A stretch of DNA of 64,000 nucleotides from positions 1 through 64,000 of the forward strand of contig LWCA01000012.1 in assembly GCA_001642005.1 (NCBI GenBank), given 5' to 3'. Origin of the DNA: Intoshia linei (taxonomy: Eukaryota > Animalia > Orthonectida). The position numbers and the translations under genes were made by a program. Below the pieces are notes generated by a model. That model made no database searches and was not told the origin of the DNA. It was given only the letters and a program-made list of their open reading frames with translations. Each line of letters opens with the position of its first letter. Within the stretch, counting starts at the first letter, position 1. This document shows positions 63,770 to 64,000 of the stretch, piece by piece.

Positions 63770-64000
63770 ACCCAATCTGATTTTCAATATCAATAATTTT
63801 TAAAAATATACTTTAAAGTAAAAAGTAATGTGATATCATGGTTTCACCTGAAACAAATTTGGGAACCACTCCTTTAAAAGGATTGATAATACGTAATAGT
63901 AGGATTTTTAAGTTAGATTTTCAACGTGAATTTATTTTTTTGGTATAATAAAAATTGCCTTCAGCAGAGCTAGGTGCTGTTTGTACGTAGTACATTAGTC
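63770..64000 (+). mobile_element. Helitron-like 3' region, cut by window edge
   Basis: Matches 6100-6290 and 41620-41800 (TTTGGGAACCACTC...CAGAGCTAGGT.CTGTTTGTACGTAGTACA). Confidence 0.75.

Overview
Very AT-rich, intron-containing animal (metazoan) genomic DNA, not prokaryotic. Intron sizes are bimodal: many minimal GT-AG introns of about 34-47 nt, plus larger introns swollen by transposons. The style suggests a compact, fast-evolving invertebrate genome such as an orthonectid (inference only). Spliced genes reconstructed by hand, in order: RBM8A/Y14 (+); a decayed orphan gene (-); an NCAM/Fasciclin-II-like 5xIg+1xFN3+TM receptor (+); a secreted orphan protein (-); a reduced tetraspanin-like 4-TM protein (+); a nucleoplasmin-family protein (-); CEP72 (-); a thioredoxin-only paralog of NME8 (+) with an intronless, atypical serpin nested antisense in its intron 3; NME8/TXNDC3-like Trx+3xNDK (+); and the 3' half of eIF3e (-). 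Mobile DNA includes many hAT MITEs with 8-bp TSDs, Tc1/pogo elements with TA TSDs, a non-autonomous Helitron-like family, a Ty3/Gypsy relic and a MULE-type SWIM fragment. The most interesting signal, barely visible in the ORF track, is the tandem NME8 pair. The NDK-bearing copy has lost the resolving cysteine (WCGPV), while its upstream twin, with the same early intron positions, keeps a CxxC (WCGAC) but has no NDK domains.
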